Positions 39,576-50,361 of a stretch of DNA of 64,000 nt are shown here, one piece after another. Origin of the DNA: Nitrosopumilus sp. (GTDB lineage Archaea > Thermoproteota > Nitrososphaeria > Nitrososphaerales > Nitrosopumilaceae); NCBI GenBank assembly GCA_965223425.1, contig OZ245003.1:2240001-2304000 (forward strand), written 5' to 3'. Numbering within the stretch: position 1 is the first letter of the stretch; every line of letters starts with the position of its first letter. The notes beneath the pieces were generated by a model that saw only the letters and a list, made by a program, of their open reading frames with translations, was not told where the DNA came from and did not search any database. The position numbers were made by a program, and so were the translations under genes.

Positions 39576-41747
39576 TTAATTATCTGGGCAGCCGTCTGCA
39601 TCTCTGTCTCCATCATAATCTTCAGGATCAAGAGGGCACAAATCCATATCATTGATGATGCCATCTAGGTCATCATCGTGGACAAATCTCTGTTGTTCTG
39701 GAACAGAATCAGGACAGCCGTCATGATCATTGTATTTATTCCAAGTTTCAGGACTTGTTGGGCAGGAATCTACGTTATCTGTATATCCATCAGCATCAGA
39801 GTCAAGATTAGTTGGTGCAGTAGATTCTGCTCCAGGTACGTCTGGACAGCCGTCCCAGTCTAGATATCCATTGTAGTTTTCTCGCTCATCAACACACGAG
39901 TCCCATCTGTCTTCAATTCCATCACCGTCAGTGTCTGGGAATTGATATTGTGACGTAATTGCATCAACGGTGTCAGGACAGCCGTCGTCGTCTTGGAACA
40001 TGTTGTAAGTTTCAGGGTCTGACGGACATGCATCCAAAGTATCAGAGAGTCCATCTTGATCGCTGTCGACTAAAGCAGAGACGTCATCTGGACAGCCGTC
40101 TTTATCATCAACGCCGTTGAATGTTTCTGGCTGGTTTGGACACAAGTCGATATAATCGTGGATGGCATCACCATCAGAATCAGCAGCTAACTTGTTATCT
40201 GCTATAAAGTCAGGGCAGCCGTCTAGATCAAGATATCTATTGTAAGTTTCTCTAGCATCAGGACATTTGTCAACATTATTGGCAATTCCATCAAGGTCAG
40301 TATCTCCAAGTGAATCAGAAGGTATAGAGTCAGGGCAACCGTCTTCATCTTGGAATTCGTTGTATCTTTCAGCTAATGTTGGGCATTGATCCAAGTGATC
40401 TGGTATTCTGTCATAATCAGTATCAGGTAATGCAGGTTTTGAGAATCCTGGAACATCGGGACAGCCGTCTTGGTCAAGATAATCATTGTAGTTCTCTTGC
40501 TCATCAATACATGCATCCCATCTGTCATCAATTCCATCACCGTCAGTGTCTGGGAAGACATAAGATGAAACAACAGAGCCGGTTGCATCAGGACAGCCGT
40601 CACCATCTTTGAAAAAGTTGTAAGTTTCAGGTTCTAATGGACAAACATCAGAGATATTGATAATGCCATCTGCATCAGAATCGGTTGTAGAATCATAGTT
40701 ATCAGGACAGCCATCTCTGTCTTGGAAACCATTGAATGTCTCTGGCTGGTTTGGACACAAGTCTAGATTATCAACAATTCCATCAGAATCAGAGTCATAA
40801 GTAACAGGATTATCTGCAACAAAGTCAGGACAGCCGTCGTCGTCTTGGAATTTGTTATAGGTTTCTTTTGAATAAGGACAGGCGTCTAAACGATCTGAAA
40901 TTCCATCACCGTCAGAATCTCCTGTAATTGAAAGTTCAAGATTGTCTGGACAGCCGTCGTCGTCTTGGAATTTGTTAAAATTCTCACGGTCTGACGGACA
41001 GGCATCAATAGAATCTGGAATACTGTCATAATCAGAATCAATTAAACCAGAAGACATTACACCAGATACGTCTGAACAGCCGTCCCAGTCTAGATATCCA
41101 TTGTAGTTTTCCTGCTCGTCAACACATGCATCCCATCTGTCATCAATTCCATCACCGTCAGTGTCTGGGAATTGGTATTGTGGCGTAGTTGCATCAACGG
41201 TGTCTGGACAGCCGTCGTCGTCTTGGAACATGTTGTAAGTTTCAGGGTCTGACGGACATGCATCCAAAGTATCAGAGAGCCCATCTTGATCGCTGTCGAC
41301 TAAAGCAGAGACGTCATCTGGACAGCCGTCTTTATCATCAACGCCGTTGAATGTTTCTGGCTGGTTTGGACACAAGTCCAGATAATCTGGAAAGCCATCA
41401 CCGTCAGAATCGGCAATATTTTTCGTGTCATAAGATGACAAATCAGGACAGCCGTCTTCATCCTGAACTCGGTTATATGTCTCCTTTACAGTTGGACAGT
41501 TATCAACATGGTCTTGTATTCCATCGTAATCAGCATCATACCATGGAACAAAATCTGCAGGACAGCCGTCAATATCATTACCATATTGCGGATCATAATC
41601 CTCTAGAAGATGAGGGCAAAAATCAACACTATTTGGAACGCCATCACCGTCAGAATCGATTGAGTCGTTTGCATAAACACTGCTTGGTAGCATACCAATA
41701 GTAGAGGTAAGTAAAAGCAAAAATCCTAAAATGTAATGTTTTTTCAT
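39576..41747 (-). CDS. Secreted thrombospondin type-3 repeat protein 1
   Basis: Signal peptide then repeated DxDxDG..D.CP...E..N...D.DGCPD units. Confidence 0.9.
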   Translation of the reverse strand: MKKHYILGFLLLLTSTIGMLPSSVYANDSIDSDGDGVPNSVDFCPHLLEDYDPQYGNDIDGCPADFVPWYDADYDGIQDHVDNCPTVKETYNRVQDEDGCPDLSSYDTKNIADSDGDGFPDYLDLCPNQPETFNGVDDKDGCPDDVSALVDSDQDGLSDTLDACPSDPETYNMFQDDDGCPDTVDATTPQYQFPDTDGDGIDDRWDACVDEQENYNGYLDWDGCSDVSGVMSSGLIDSDYDSIPDSIDACPSDRENFNKFQDDDGCPDNLELSITGDSDGDGISDRLDACPYSKETYNKFQDDDGCPDFVADNPVTYDSDSDGIVDNLDLCPNQPETFNGFQDRDGCPDNYDSTTDSDADGIINISDVCPLEPETYNFFKDGDGCPDATGSVVSSYVFPDTDGDGIDDRWDACIDEQENYNDYLDQDGCPDVPGFSKPALPDTDYDRIPDHLDQCPTLAERYNEFQDEDGCPDSIPSDSLGDTDLDGIANNVDKCPDARETYNRYLDLDGCPDFIADNKLAADSDGDAIHDYIDLCPNQPETFNGVDDKDGCPDDVSALVDSDQDGLSDTLDACPSDPETYNMFQDDDGCPDTVDAITSQYQFPDTDGDGIEDRWDSCVDERENYNGYLDWDGCPDVPGAESTAPTNLDSDADGYTDNVDSCPTSPETWNKYNDHDGCPDSVPEQQRFVHDDDLDGIINDMDLCPLDPEDYDGDRDADGCPDN

Positions 41748-41834
41748 TCTTCCTGACTTCGCTATTATCAAGTATTTATTAAGTCTCACGTTAAATAGAT
41801 TCTTCCAGACAAATTAAAATCATAAGAAGCTAGT

Positions 41835-44800
41835 TTATGGATCAGGACAGCCGTCATCGTCTCTATCCCCATCATAGTCTTCAGGATCTAGAGGACATTG
41901 GTCTTCGCTATTAATGATATTATCTAGGTCATTATCGTGGACAAATCTCTTTTGTTCTGGAATAGTATCAGGACAGCCGTCATGATCAAGATACTTGTTC
42001 CAAGTTTCGGGACTTGTTGGACAAGAATCAGTGGCATCTGGATATCCATCAGAATCAGAATCAGCATATACAGGAATAGTAGATTCTGCTCCAGGTACGT
42101 CTGGACAGCCGTCCCAGTCTAGATAATCATTATAGTTTTCCTGCTCGTCAATACATGCATCCCATCTGTCTTCAATTCCATCACCGTCAGTGTCTGGGAA
42201 TTGATATTGTGACGTAATTGCATCAGTAGTGTCTGGACATCCATCATCGTCTTGGAACATGTTGTAAGTTTCAGGGTCTGACGGACATGCATCCAAAGTA
42301 TCAGAGAGCCCATCTTGATCACTATCGATTAAGGCAGAAACATCATCTGGACAGCCGTCTTTATCATCAACACCGTTGAATGTTTCTGGCTGGTTTGGAC
42401 ACAAGTCCAGGTTATCTGGAATGCCGTCGCCGTCAGTATCAGCAGTCAGTTTGTTGTCTGCCACATAATCAGGACAGCCGTCTAGATCAAGATATCTATT
42501 GTAAGTTTCTTTAGCAGTTGGGCATTCATCTATATCATCATAAATTCCGTCACCGTCAGTATCGCCAACTGTTTGGAAATCAATGCTGTCAGGACAGCCG
42601 TCGTCGTCTTGGAATCCATTGTATCTTTCAGCTAATGTTGGACATTGATCTAAATGATTTGCAAGGCCGTCATAGTCAGTATCAAGCATGTCACCTGCAG
42701 TGGTGCCCTCAACGTCTGGGCAGCCGTCCCAGTCTAGATATCCATTGTAGTTTTCCTGCTCGTCAACACATGCATCCCATCTGTCTTCAATTCCATCACC
42801 GTCAGTGTCTGGGAATTGGTATTGTGACGTAGTTGCATCAACGGTGTCTGGACAGCCGTCGTCGTCTTGGAATCCATTGTAATTCTCACGGTCTGATGGA
42901 CATGCATCAGAGGCATCTAGGATGCCGTCCATATCTGAATCAAGTTTGAATGAGTATTTGTCAGGACAGCCGTCTTTATCTAAAAATCCGTTGAGTGTTT
43001 CTGGCTGGTTTGGACACAAGTCTGAATTATCTGGAATGCCGTCGCCGTCAGTATCAGCAGTCAGTTTGTTGTCTGCCACATAATCAGGACAGCCGTCTTC
43101 GTCTTCAAACATATTATAAGTTTCAGGACTGAAAGGGCAAGAATCGTTTGGATCTAAAATGCCGTCGCCGTCAGAATCGCCTATTATTTGGTAATCAACA
43201 GTGTCAGGACAGCCGTCATCGTCTTGTAATTTATTGTAATTCTCACGTTCTAATGGACAAGCATCAGAGGCATCTGGAATGCCGTCATAATCAGCATCAG
43301 GTGCATCACCTGCAGTGGTGCCCTCAACGTCTGGGCAGCCGTCCCAGTCTAGATATCCATTGTAGTTTTCCTGCTCGTCAACACATGCATCCCATCTGTC
43401 TTCAATTCCATCACCGTCAGTGTCTGGGAACTGGTATTGTGACGTAGTTGCATCAACGGTGTCTGGACAGCCGTCGTCGTCTTGGAATCCATTGTAATTC
43501 TCACGGTCTGATGGACATGCATCAGAGGCATCTAGGATGCCGTCCATATCTGAATCAAGTTTGAATGATTGCTTGTCAGGACAGCCGTCTTTATCTAAAA
43601 ATCCGTTGAGTGTTTCTGGCTGGTTTGGACACAAGTCTGAATTATCTGGAATGCCGTCGCCGTCAGTATCAGCAGTCAGTTTGTTGTCTGCCACATAATC
43701 AGGACAGCCGTCTTCGTCTAAGTAAAAGTTGTGAGTTTCTTTAGCAGTTGGACAATAATCCAGGTTATCAAAAATACCATCAGAATCAGTATCTACAACG
43801 GCTCGGAAATCAACGGTGTCAGGACAGCCGTCATCGTCTTGTAATCCATTGTATCTTTCAGCTAATGTTGGACATTGATCTAATAGATCTGGTATGCCGT
43901 CATAATCAGTATCAAGCATGTCACCTGCAGTGGTGCCCTCAACGTCTGGGCAGCCGTCCCAGTCTAGATATCCATTGTAGTTTTCCTGCTCGTCAACACA
44001 TGCATCCCATCTGTCTTCAATTCCATCACCGTCAGTGTCTGGGAACTGGTATTGTGACGTAGTTGCATCAACGGTGTCTGGACAGCCGTCGTCGTCTTGG
44101 AATCCATTGTAATTCTCACGGTCTGATGGACATGCATCAGAGGCATCTAGGACGCCGTCCATATCTGAATCAAGTTTGAATGATTGCTTGTCAGGACAGC
44201 CGTCTTTATCTAAAAATCCGTTGAGTGTTTCTGGCTGGTTTGGACACAAGTCTGAATTATCTGGAATGCCGTCGCCGTCAGTATCAGCAGTCAGTTTGTT
44301 GTCTGCCACATAATCAGGACAGCCGTCTTCGTCTTCAAACATATTATAAGTTTCAGGACTGAAAGGGCAAGAATCGTTTGGATCTAAAATAGCATCATAA
44401 TCAGCATCGCCAACTATTTGGTAATCAATGGTGTCAGGACAACCGTCGTCGTCTTGGAATTTATTGTAATTCTCACGGTCTGATGGACAAGCATCAGAGG
44501 CATCTGGAATGCCGTCATAATCAGCATCAGGTATCTCTAGAGAATCAGTTCCAGACACATCTGGACAGCCGTCCCAGTCTAAACTACCATTGTAGTTTTC
44601 CTGCTCGTCAACACATGCATCCCATCTGTCTTCAATTCCATCACCGTCAGTGTCTGGGAATTGGTATTGTGACGTAGTTGCATCAACGGCGTCTGGACAT
44701 CCGTCACTGTCTTGGAACATGTTGTAAGTTTCAGGGTCTGACGGACATGCATCCAAAGTATCAGAGAGTCCATCTTGATCGCTGTCGACTAAAGCAGAGA

Positions 44801-45236
44801 CATCGTCTGGGCAGCCGTCTTTATCATCAACGCCGTTGAATGTTTCTGGCTGGTTTGGACACAAGTCCAGATAATCTGGAAAGCCATCACCGTCAGAATC
44901 GGCAGTATTTTTCGTGTCATAAGATGACAAATCAGGACAGCCGTCTTCATCCTGAACTCGGTTATATGTCTCCTTTACAGTTGGACAGTTATCAACATGG
45001 TCTTGTATTCCATCGTAATCAGCATCATACCATGGAACAAAATCTGCAGGACAGCCGTCAATGTTGTTACCATATTGTGGATCATAATCCTCTAGAAGGT
45101 TTGGACATTGATCAACATTATTTGGAACACCATCGCCATCAGTATCGATTGAGTCGTTTGCATAAACACTGCTTGGTAGCATACCAATAGTAGAGGTAAG
45201 TAAAAGCAAAAATCCTACAAGATGGTATTTTTTCAT
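41835..45236 (-). CDS. Secreted thrombospondin type-3 repeat protein 2
   Basis: Same repeat unit; 615-bp internal tandem blocks. Confidence 0.9.
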   Translation of the reverse strand: MKKYHLVGFLLLLTSTIGMLPSSVYANDSIDTDGDGVPNNVDQCPNLLEDYDPQYGNNIDGCPADFVPWYDADYDGIQDHVDNCPTVKETYNRVQDEDGCPDLSSYDTKNTADSDGDGFPDYLDLCPNQPETFNGVDDKDGCPDDVSALVDSDQDGLSDTLDACPSDPETYNMFQDSDGCPDAVDATTSQYQFPDTDGDGIEDRWDACVDEQENYNGSLDWDGCPDVSGTDSLEIPDADYDGIPDASDACPSDRENYNKFQDDDGCPDTIDYQIVGDADYDAILDPNDSCPFSPETYNMFEDEDGCPDYVADNKLTADTDGDGIPDNSDLCPNQPETLNGFLDKDGCPDKQSFKLDSDMDGVLDASDACPSDRENYNGFQDDDGCPDTVDATTSQYQFPDTDGDGIEDRWDACVDEQENYNGYLDWDGCPDVEGTTAGDMLDTDYDGIPDLLDQCPTLAERYNGLQDDDGCPDTVDFRAVVDTDSDGIFDNLDYCPTAKETHNFYLDEDGCPDYVADNKLTADTDGDGIPDNSDLCPNQPETLNGFLDKDGCPDKQSFKLDSDMDGILDASDACPSDRENYNGFQDDDGCPDTVDATTSQYQFPDTDGDGIEDRWDACVDEQENYNGYLDWDGCPDVEGTTAGDAPDADYDGIPDASDACPLERENYNKLQDDDGCPDTVDYQIIGDSDGDGILDPNDSCPFSPETYNMFEDEDGCPDYVADNKLTADTDGDGIPDNSDLCPNQPETLNGFLDKDGCPDKYSFKLDSDMDGILDASDACPSDRENYNGFQDDDGCPDTVDATTSQYQFPDTDGDGIEDRWDACVDEQENYNGYLDWDGCPDVEGTTAGDMLDTDYDGLANHLDQCPTLAERYNGFQDDDGCPDSIDFQTVGDTDGDGIYDDIDECPTAKETYNRYLDLDGCPDYVADNKLTADTDGDGIPDNLDLCPNQPETFNGVDDKDGCPDDVSALIDSDQDGLSDTLDACPSDPETYNMFQDDDGCPDTTDAITSQYQFPDTDGDGIEDRWDACIDEQENYNDYLDWDGCPDVPGAESTIPVYADSDSDGYPDATDSCPTSPETWNKYLDHDGCPDTIPEQKRFVHDNDLDNIINSEDQCPLDPEDYDGDRDDDGCPDP
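42119..44773. repeat. 615-bp periodic blocks within TSP3 gene 2
   Basis: TCACCTGCAGTGGTGCCC at 42691, 43306 and 43921. Confidence 0.9.
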
Positions 45237-45249
45237 TTTAAGGTAACTA

Positions 45250-47688
45250 TTATTGGTCAGGGCATCCATCAGCATCTCTGTCACCGTCATAATCTTCTGG
45301 TTCTAGAGGACACAGATCGTAGTCATTGATAATATTATCTAAATCAGCATCATGTTTGTATCTTGATTGTTCTGGAATAGTATCAGGACAGCCGTCATGA
45401 TCATTATATTTATTCCAAGATTCTTTTTCATTTGGACATAAATCAACATCATCATTTATTCTATCGTCATCACTGTCAATTGTAATATTTCCAGTTGGCA
45501 AGTAATCCGGACAGCCGTCATAATCAACATATCTGTTCCAAACTTCGCTTTGTTCTGGACACATGTCCATCACGTCTGGAACGCCATCACCATCAGAGTC
45601 AGGCTGAGTATCATCAACATCAGGACAGCCGTCGTCGTCTTGGAATCCATTATAGTTTTCAGAAACTAGCGGACAATCATCATAAACATCATCAATACCA
45701 TCATTGTCAGTGTCAACAACAGATGATTCTGCTATAAAGTCAGGACAGCCATCGTCGTCTTGGAATTTATTGTAGGTTTCTTTGGCAGTTGGACATGCAT
45801 CAATTGCATCTGGAATTCCATCTAAATCACGATCATTTTTTGAGAGATAGTTATCTGGACAGCCGTCTCTATCAAGAATTCCATTATAGGTTTCTGGTTG
45901 GTTTGGACAATTATCATTGTAATCATTAATTCCATCATTGTCATTATCTGGAGTTCCTTTGTTGTCTGCTACAGAGTCAGGACAGCCGTCGTCGTCTTGG
46001 AATTTATTGTAGGTTTCTGGAACTAGTGGGCATTGATCTAATTCATCAACAAGTCCGTCAAAGTCAGAATCTGAGCTGGTAACAAAGTCAGGATAATCTG
46101 GACAGCCGTCGTCGTCTTGGAAGTTGTTGTAACGTTCTCGATCAGCAGGGCATTGATCTACAGAATCTACAATACCATCAAAGTCAGAGTCAGCTTCTAA
46201 TGGGCTATCAGGGCAGCCGTCTGTATCAATATATCTATTCCAGGTTTCTGCAGTCTCAGGACATTGATCTAATGTATCTCTAATTCCATCACCATCAGAG
46301 TCTACAACTAGATCATCTGGACAGCCGTCTGCATCTAGATAACCGTTATACACTTCAGGTTCAAGTGGGCAATTGTCGTTTAAATCAGGAATTCTATCAC
46401 CATCAAAGTCTGATGCAGAATATCCAGATATATTATCAGGACAGCCGTCGTCGTCTTGGAATCCGTTGTAAGTTTCTTTAGCAGTTTGACATTGATCTAG
46501 ATCATCAGGAATTCCATCTAAATCTCTGTCTGTTGCGTTTGCAGTATCAGGACAGCCGTCTCTATCAAAAACACCATTGAATGTTTCTGGTTGTGTTGGA
46601 CACAAGTCTACATAATCATTGATGCCATCATTGTCAGTATCTGGAATTCCTTTGTTGTCTGCTACAGAGTCAGGACAGCCGTCGTCGTCTTGGAATTTAT
46701 TGTAGGTTTCTTTTACTTCGGGACACTGATCAACACTATTTAATATTCCATCAAGGTCCGAATCATCATCACTGGAATAAGGAGGAATGTCAGGACAGCC
46801 GTCGTCGTCCTGGAACCCGTTGTGTCTTTCAGGATCTAGTGGACATGCATCATCAGCATCCATAATTCTATCACCATCTGCATCATCTAGCGTACCGGTA
46901 AATGATGGAAGTGTGTCTGGACAGCCGTCATAGTCAGCAAATCTATTGTAAGTTTCTGCATCATTAGGACAAATGTCAAATTGATCTGCTATTCCGTCAC
47001 CATCAGAATCTGTAAATGAAGAATCTAGTGAGGCGTCTGGACAGCCGTCTGCATCTAGATAACCGTTATACACCTCAGGTTCAGTCAAACACAAATCAAT
47101 TGTATCTGGAATACCGTCATTGTCACTGTCAGAATAAGTAGAGTCACTTGTAGAATCTGGACAGCCGTCGTCGTCTTGGAATTTATTGTAGGTTTCTGCA
47201 CTTAGTGGACATGTGTCAATTGCATCTGGAACGCCGTCTCTATCTCTATCACCGGAGTCAAAATCATCTGGACAGCCGTCTCTATCAGAAACACCATTGA
47301 ATGTTTCTGGTTGGTTTGGACACAAGTCTACATAATCATTAAAACCATCACCATCACCATCAGGAACTCCACCTGCACCATCTCCAGGAAGGGTATCAGG
47401 ACAGCCGTCGTCGTCTTGGAATTGATTGTAATTTTCTCTAAGACTTGGACATTGATCAATATGATCTTCTATTCCGTCAAAGTCTTCATCGTACCATGGA
47501 ACAAAATCTGAGGGACATCCATCAATTGCGCCTTTATTGTCTTCTTGTAAGTTTGGACATGCGTCCATCGAGTCTTCAACACCGTCATTATCCAAGTCGT
47601 TATCAGCAGCAAAACTGTAGTTTACAGGCATGCTTGTTAATGTGGTTAAAAGCAAAACTAGGAATGGTAAAATATGTATTTTTTTCAA
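45250..47688 (-). CDS. Secreted thrombospondin type-3 repeat protein 3
   Basis: Signal peptide and the same repeat unit. Confidence 0.9.
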   Translation of the reverse strand: MKKIHILPFLVLLLTTLTSMPVNYSFAADNDLDNDGVEDSMDACPNLQEDNKGAIDGCPSDFVPWYDEDFDGIEDHIDQCPSLRENYNQFQDDDGCPDTLPGDGAGGVPDGDGDGFNDYVDLCPNQPETFNGVSDRDGCPDDFDSGDRDRDGVPDAIDTCPLSAETYNKFQDDDGCPDSTSDSTYSDSDNDGIPDTIDLCLTEPEVYNGYLDADGCPDASLDSSFTDSDGDGIADQFDICPNDAETYNRFADYDGCPDTLPSFTGTLDDADGDRIMDADDACPLDPERHNGFQDDDGCPDIPPYSSDDDSDLDGILNSVDQCPEVKETYNKFQDDDGCPDSVADNKGIPDTDNDGINDYVDLCPTQPETFNGVFDRDGCPDTANATDRDLDGIPDDLDQCQTAKETYNGFQDDDGCPDNISGYSASDFDGDRIPDLNDNCPLEPEVYNGYLDADGCPDDLVVDSDGDGIRDTLDQCPETAETWNRYIDTDGCPDSPLEADSDFDGIVDSVDQCPADRERYNNFQDDDGCPDYPDFVTSSDSDFDGLVDELDQCPLVPETYNKFQDDDGCPDSVADNKGTPDNDNDGINDYNDNCPNQPETYNGILDRDGCPDNYLSKNDRDLDGIPDAIDACPTAKETYNKFQDDDGCPDFIAESSVVDTDNDGIDDVYDDCPLVSENYNGFQDDDGCPDVDDTQPDSDGDGVPDVMDMCPEQSEVWNRYVDYDGCPDYLPTGNITIDSDDDRINDDVDLCPNEKESWNKYNDHDGCPDTIPEQSRYKHDADLDNIINDYDLCPLEPEDYDGDRDADGCPDQ

Positions 47689-47826
47689 TGCCTAAAATTA
47701 CCTTGAGGATCCAGTTATTAAACCTCACTCTAAAATCGACTCAGAATCATAATAGATTTGAGAAAAATTTCCATGTTAGACAAAAAACTCGATCAATTTA
47801 AGTAAACCAAAACAAGATTTGAACTA

Positions 47827-48867
47827 ATGAGTTGTTCGGGGGAAACAGTCGAGGAGGAGGAGGAAGAAAATCGTTTAATCCAGATAAAGCCAGCAATATC
47901 TGAGCAATTGAAAAAGGCAAAGTATGGCGTTGCTGATCACTCCACGGTAGAACTGTGCCATTGGACAAAAAAATCATTCAAGCATGAGGGAAATTGTTAC
48001 AAGCACAAGTTTTACGGAATTTCAACTCATAGGTGTATGGAGTTTTCTCCAGCTGGTATGCACTGTGAAAATCGATGTGTATATTGTTGGAGACCAATGG
48101 AATTTTACGAGTCGCTAAAAATGGAGCCAGAACGAGTTGCAGAACCTGAAGAAATACTAACAAAGCTGATGGCTGAGAGAAAGAAACTGATCAACGGGTA
48201 TTACGGGGATTCAAGAAATGACAAACAGAGGTTAGATGAATCATTGTTGCCAAGTCATTATGCAATTTCACTTTCTGGCGAACCAACAATGTATCCAAAG
48301 CTGCCAAAACTAATCAAATATCTAAATTCACTTGAAGCAACAAAGTCAATCTTTCTTGTAACTAATGGTCAAGAACCAGACATGATTCAAAGATTACAAG
48401 ACGAGGATGCATTGCCAACACAGCTGTATCTGTCGACGAATGCAGCAGACTATGAATCATTTATCAGGATAAACAAACCAAAATATGATGATTCTTGGGA
48501 AAGATGGAACAGAACTCTGGACATGTTAAAGCATTTGAAAACAAGAACAGTGCTAAGAATTACTCTGATTAGAAACTATAATGACAGAAAGGAAATGATT
48601 CCAGCGTTTGCAGAAATGTTTAGAAAAGCAAGTCCGCACTTTATTGAGATAAAATCATACATGCATATTGGCCGTTCAACTAACAGGTTAGAACATTCAG
48701 ACATGCTGGAAATGGACGAAGTGAGAAGTTTCAGCCAACAAGTATCAAAACACAGTAAGATATTTTCAGTGATGGACGAAAGTTTTGTTTCAAGAATTTC
48801 AATTTTGCAGAATAATGAACGGTTTATTGATCGCTGGATTACTGCTACTTGTGCAAATACCAACTAG
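47827..48867 (+). CDS. tyw1: Radical SAM 4-demethylwyosine synthase
   Basis: CYKHKFYGI, CxxxCxxC and SLSGEPT motifs. Confidence 0.93.
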   Translation: MSCSGETVEEEEEENRLIQIKPAISEQLKKAKYGVADHSTVELCHWTKKSFKHEGNCYKHKFYGISTHRCMEFSPAGMHCENRCVYCWRPMEFYESLKMEPERVAEPEEILTKLMAERKKLINGYYGDSRNDKQRLDESLLPSHYAISLSGEPTMYPKLPKLIKYLNSLEATKSIFLVTNGQEPDMIQRLQDEDALPTQLYLSTNAADYESFIRINKPKYDDSWERWNRTLDMLKHLKTRTVLRITLIRNYNDRKEMIPAFAEMFRKASPHFIEIKSYMHIGRSTNRLEHSDMLEMDEVRSFSQQVSKHSKIFSVMDESFVSRISILQNNERFIDRWITATCANTN

Positions 48868-49402
48868 AGAATTTTTTTAGTGCATTGTATCTATGCGACA
48901 AATCGTTTTTGTTATTTAGCTGGGCAAATGTTTTCTTTGTATTTTTTGGAATAAAGATTGGATCATAGCCCCAGCCCTTTCCTTTTTGCAAATATGATAT
49001 AGTACCGTCAATCTTTGCATCAAAGGATTGTAAGACTTTTTTGTCACAATAGCTAATAACAGAAACAAATTTTGCTGATCTATTATTTTTGAGAAGATTG
49101 AGAATTCCCTTGTTTCCAATTGTTTTGAAAACGTACGATGAGTACGGACCTGGAAATCCATCAAGTGGATCAATGAACAAGCCATCGTCTTCAATCAGAC
49201 AAGGTTTTTTGCATTTGGAAAACGCTTCTCTTGCTTTCTTTGATGCTATGTCTTTTAATGAATCTGATTGAATTTCTTCTAATTCAGACTTGAAAAAACC
49301 AAGATTTATTCCAAATGAATCTAAAATTTTTTTTGCCTCTTGATATTTGTGACGATTTGAAGACACAAAGAATAGATCAAATGACCGTTGCATATCTACC
49401 AC
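48845..49402 (-). CDS. rdgB: RdgB/HAM1 non-canonical purine NTP pyrophosphatase
   Basis: EDDGL, GFPGPYS, GYDPIF and SHR motifs. Confidence 0.92.
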   Translation of the reverse strand: MVDMQRSFDLFFVSSNRHKYQEAKKILDSFGINLGFFKSELEEIQSDSLKDIASKKAREAFSKCKKPCLIEDDGLFIDPLDGFPGPYSSYVFKTIGNKGILNLLKNNRSAKFVSVISYCDKKVLQSFDAKIDGTISYLQKGKGWGYDPIFIPKNTKKTFAQLNNKNDLSHRYNALKKFSSWYLHK

Positions 49403-50012
49403 GACTCTCTATATCTAGAACCAGTTTTGTAGTTTTAACATAATTTGAGTTTCCAACAATGGATTTGTAGCCAACAAGAAAGTTTCTCCAAGCAGGAACC
49501 ATAATTTCTGCATGAGCACTGTTGAGAATTTCTTTGATTAGTCTCAGATCAACTGCATGATCTTCAGGTTTTATTGTATTTTGAGACAGTCCAAAATCAA
49601 TGACAAAAACGGTATTTTTGAATGATATGAAGTTAGATGTTGTCAAGTCTCCATGCATCACGCCGTTTTTATGTAGTGTTCCGACTAATTTTCCAATTTG
49701 TTTGGACAGTGCAATAATTTTTGACTCAGGTAAATCATGAACGGGGGTTCCAGGAATTTCTTGCATGATAATTGATGATTTTTTCAAATTTACAAAATAA
49801 ACAAGCGGTGCTGGAATTCCAAATGATTTTACATGAGACAACATTTGGGATTCTTTAATTGTTCTTTGTTTGCGTATTTTTGAATCAAGGGAGGGATTGC
49901 GATAATTTTTTGTTTTTCTAATTTTGAGAATTGCGATAGAATTTTGCCAGTCAGTTTGATATATGTCAGCTTCTGCCCCTTTTTTTCGTAACTTCATTAA
50001 CATTATATCCAA
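49377..50012 (-). CDS. bud32: KEOPS kinase Bud32
   Basis: GAEA, HGDLTTSN and IDFGL motifs. Confidence 0.93.
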   Translation of the reverse strand: MDIMLMKLRKKGAEADIYQTDWQNSIAILKIRKTKNYRNPSLDSKIRKQRTIKESQMLSHVKSFGIPAPLVYFVNLKKSSIIMQEIPGTPVHDLPESKIIALSKQIGKLVGTLHKNGVMHGDLTTSNFISFKNTVFVIDFGLSQNTIKPEDHAVDLRLIKEILNSAHAEIMVPAWRNFLVGYKSIVGNSNYVKTTKLVLDIESRGRYATVI

Positions 50013-50034
50013 AGGAATTCAATAAAAATTAATC

Positions 50035-50361
50035 ATGGAAGAAGGTGAAAGGAAAATAAAACAAGAAGATTGTAGCGAAGACAGTCTAGGTTCGGGAATT
50101 CTAACATTAACAAGCAAGAGGTTGGCATTTGACAAAACAAAGTCACGAATGATGGATTTTTCCAAGCATATGGGGGACACAATACTGGATGTTTCATTAG
50201 ATGACGTGATTAAAACTTGGAAAGAGGGACTACTAATGAAGAAAGTATGTTTTTCTGCCAAGACTGGGCAAGGAGAACAGACCTACAAGTTCGGGGTTTT
50301 CAATACAGGGAGTTGGGTTGACAGTATTGAAGACGCCATAAATGATGGTAAGGATCAATAA
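50035..50361 (+). CDS. PH/GRAM-like hypothetical protein
   Basis: GILTLTSKRLAF pattern and C-terminal W..I helix. Confidence 0.65.
   Translation: MEEGERKIKQEDCSEDSLGSGILTLTSKRLAFDKTKSRMMDFSKHMGDTILDVSLDDVIKTWKEGLLMKKVCFSAKTGQGEQTYKFGVFNTGSWVDSIEDAINDGKDQ

Noticed and set aside
41090-45236. Template/variable repeat pair of a diversity-generating retroelement
   Set aside because: No reverse transcriptase in the window, and both copies are coding gene starts.
39576-47688. Regularly spaced GGACAGCCGTC repeats resembling a CRISPR array
   Set aside because: They are in-frame DGCP codons of long ORFs, the intervening sequences are homologous to each other, and there are no cas genes.
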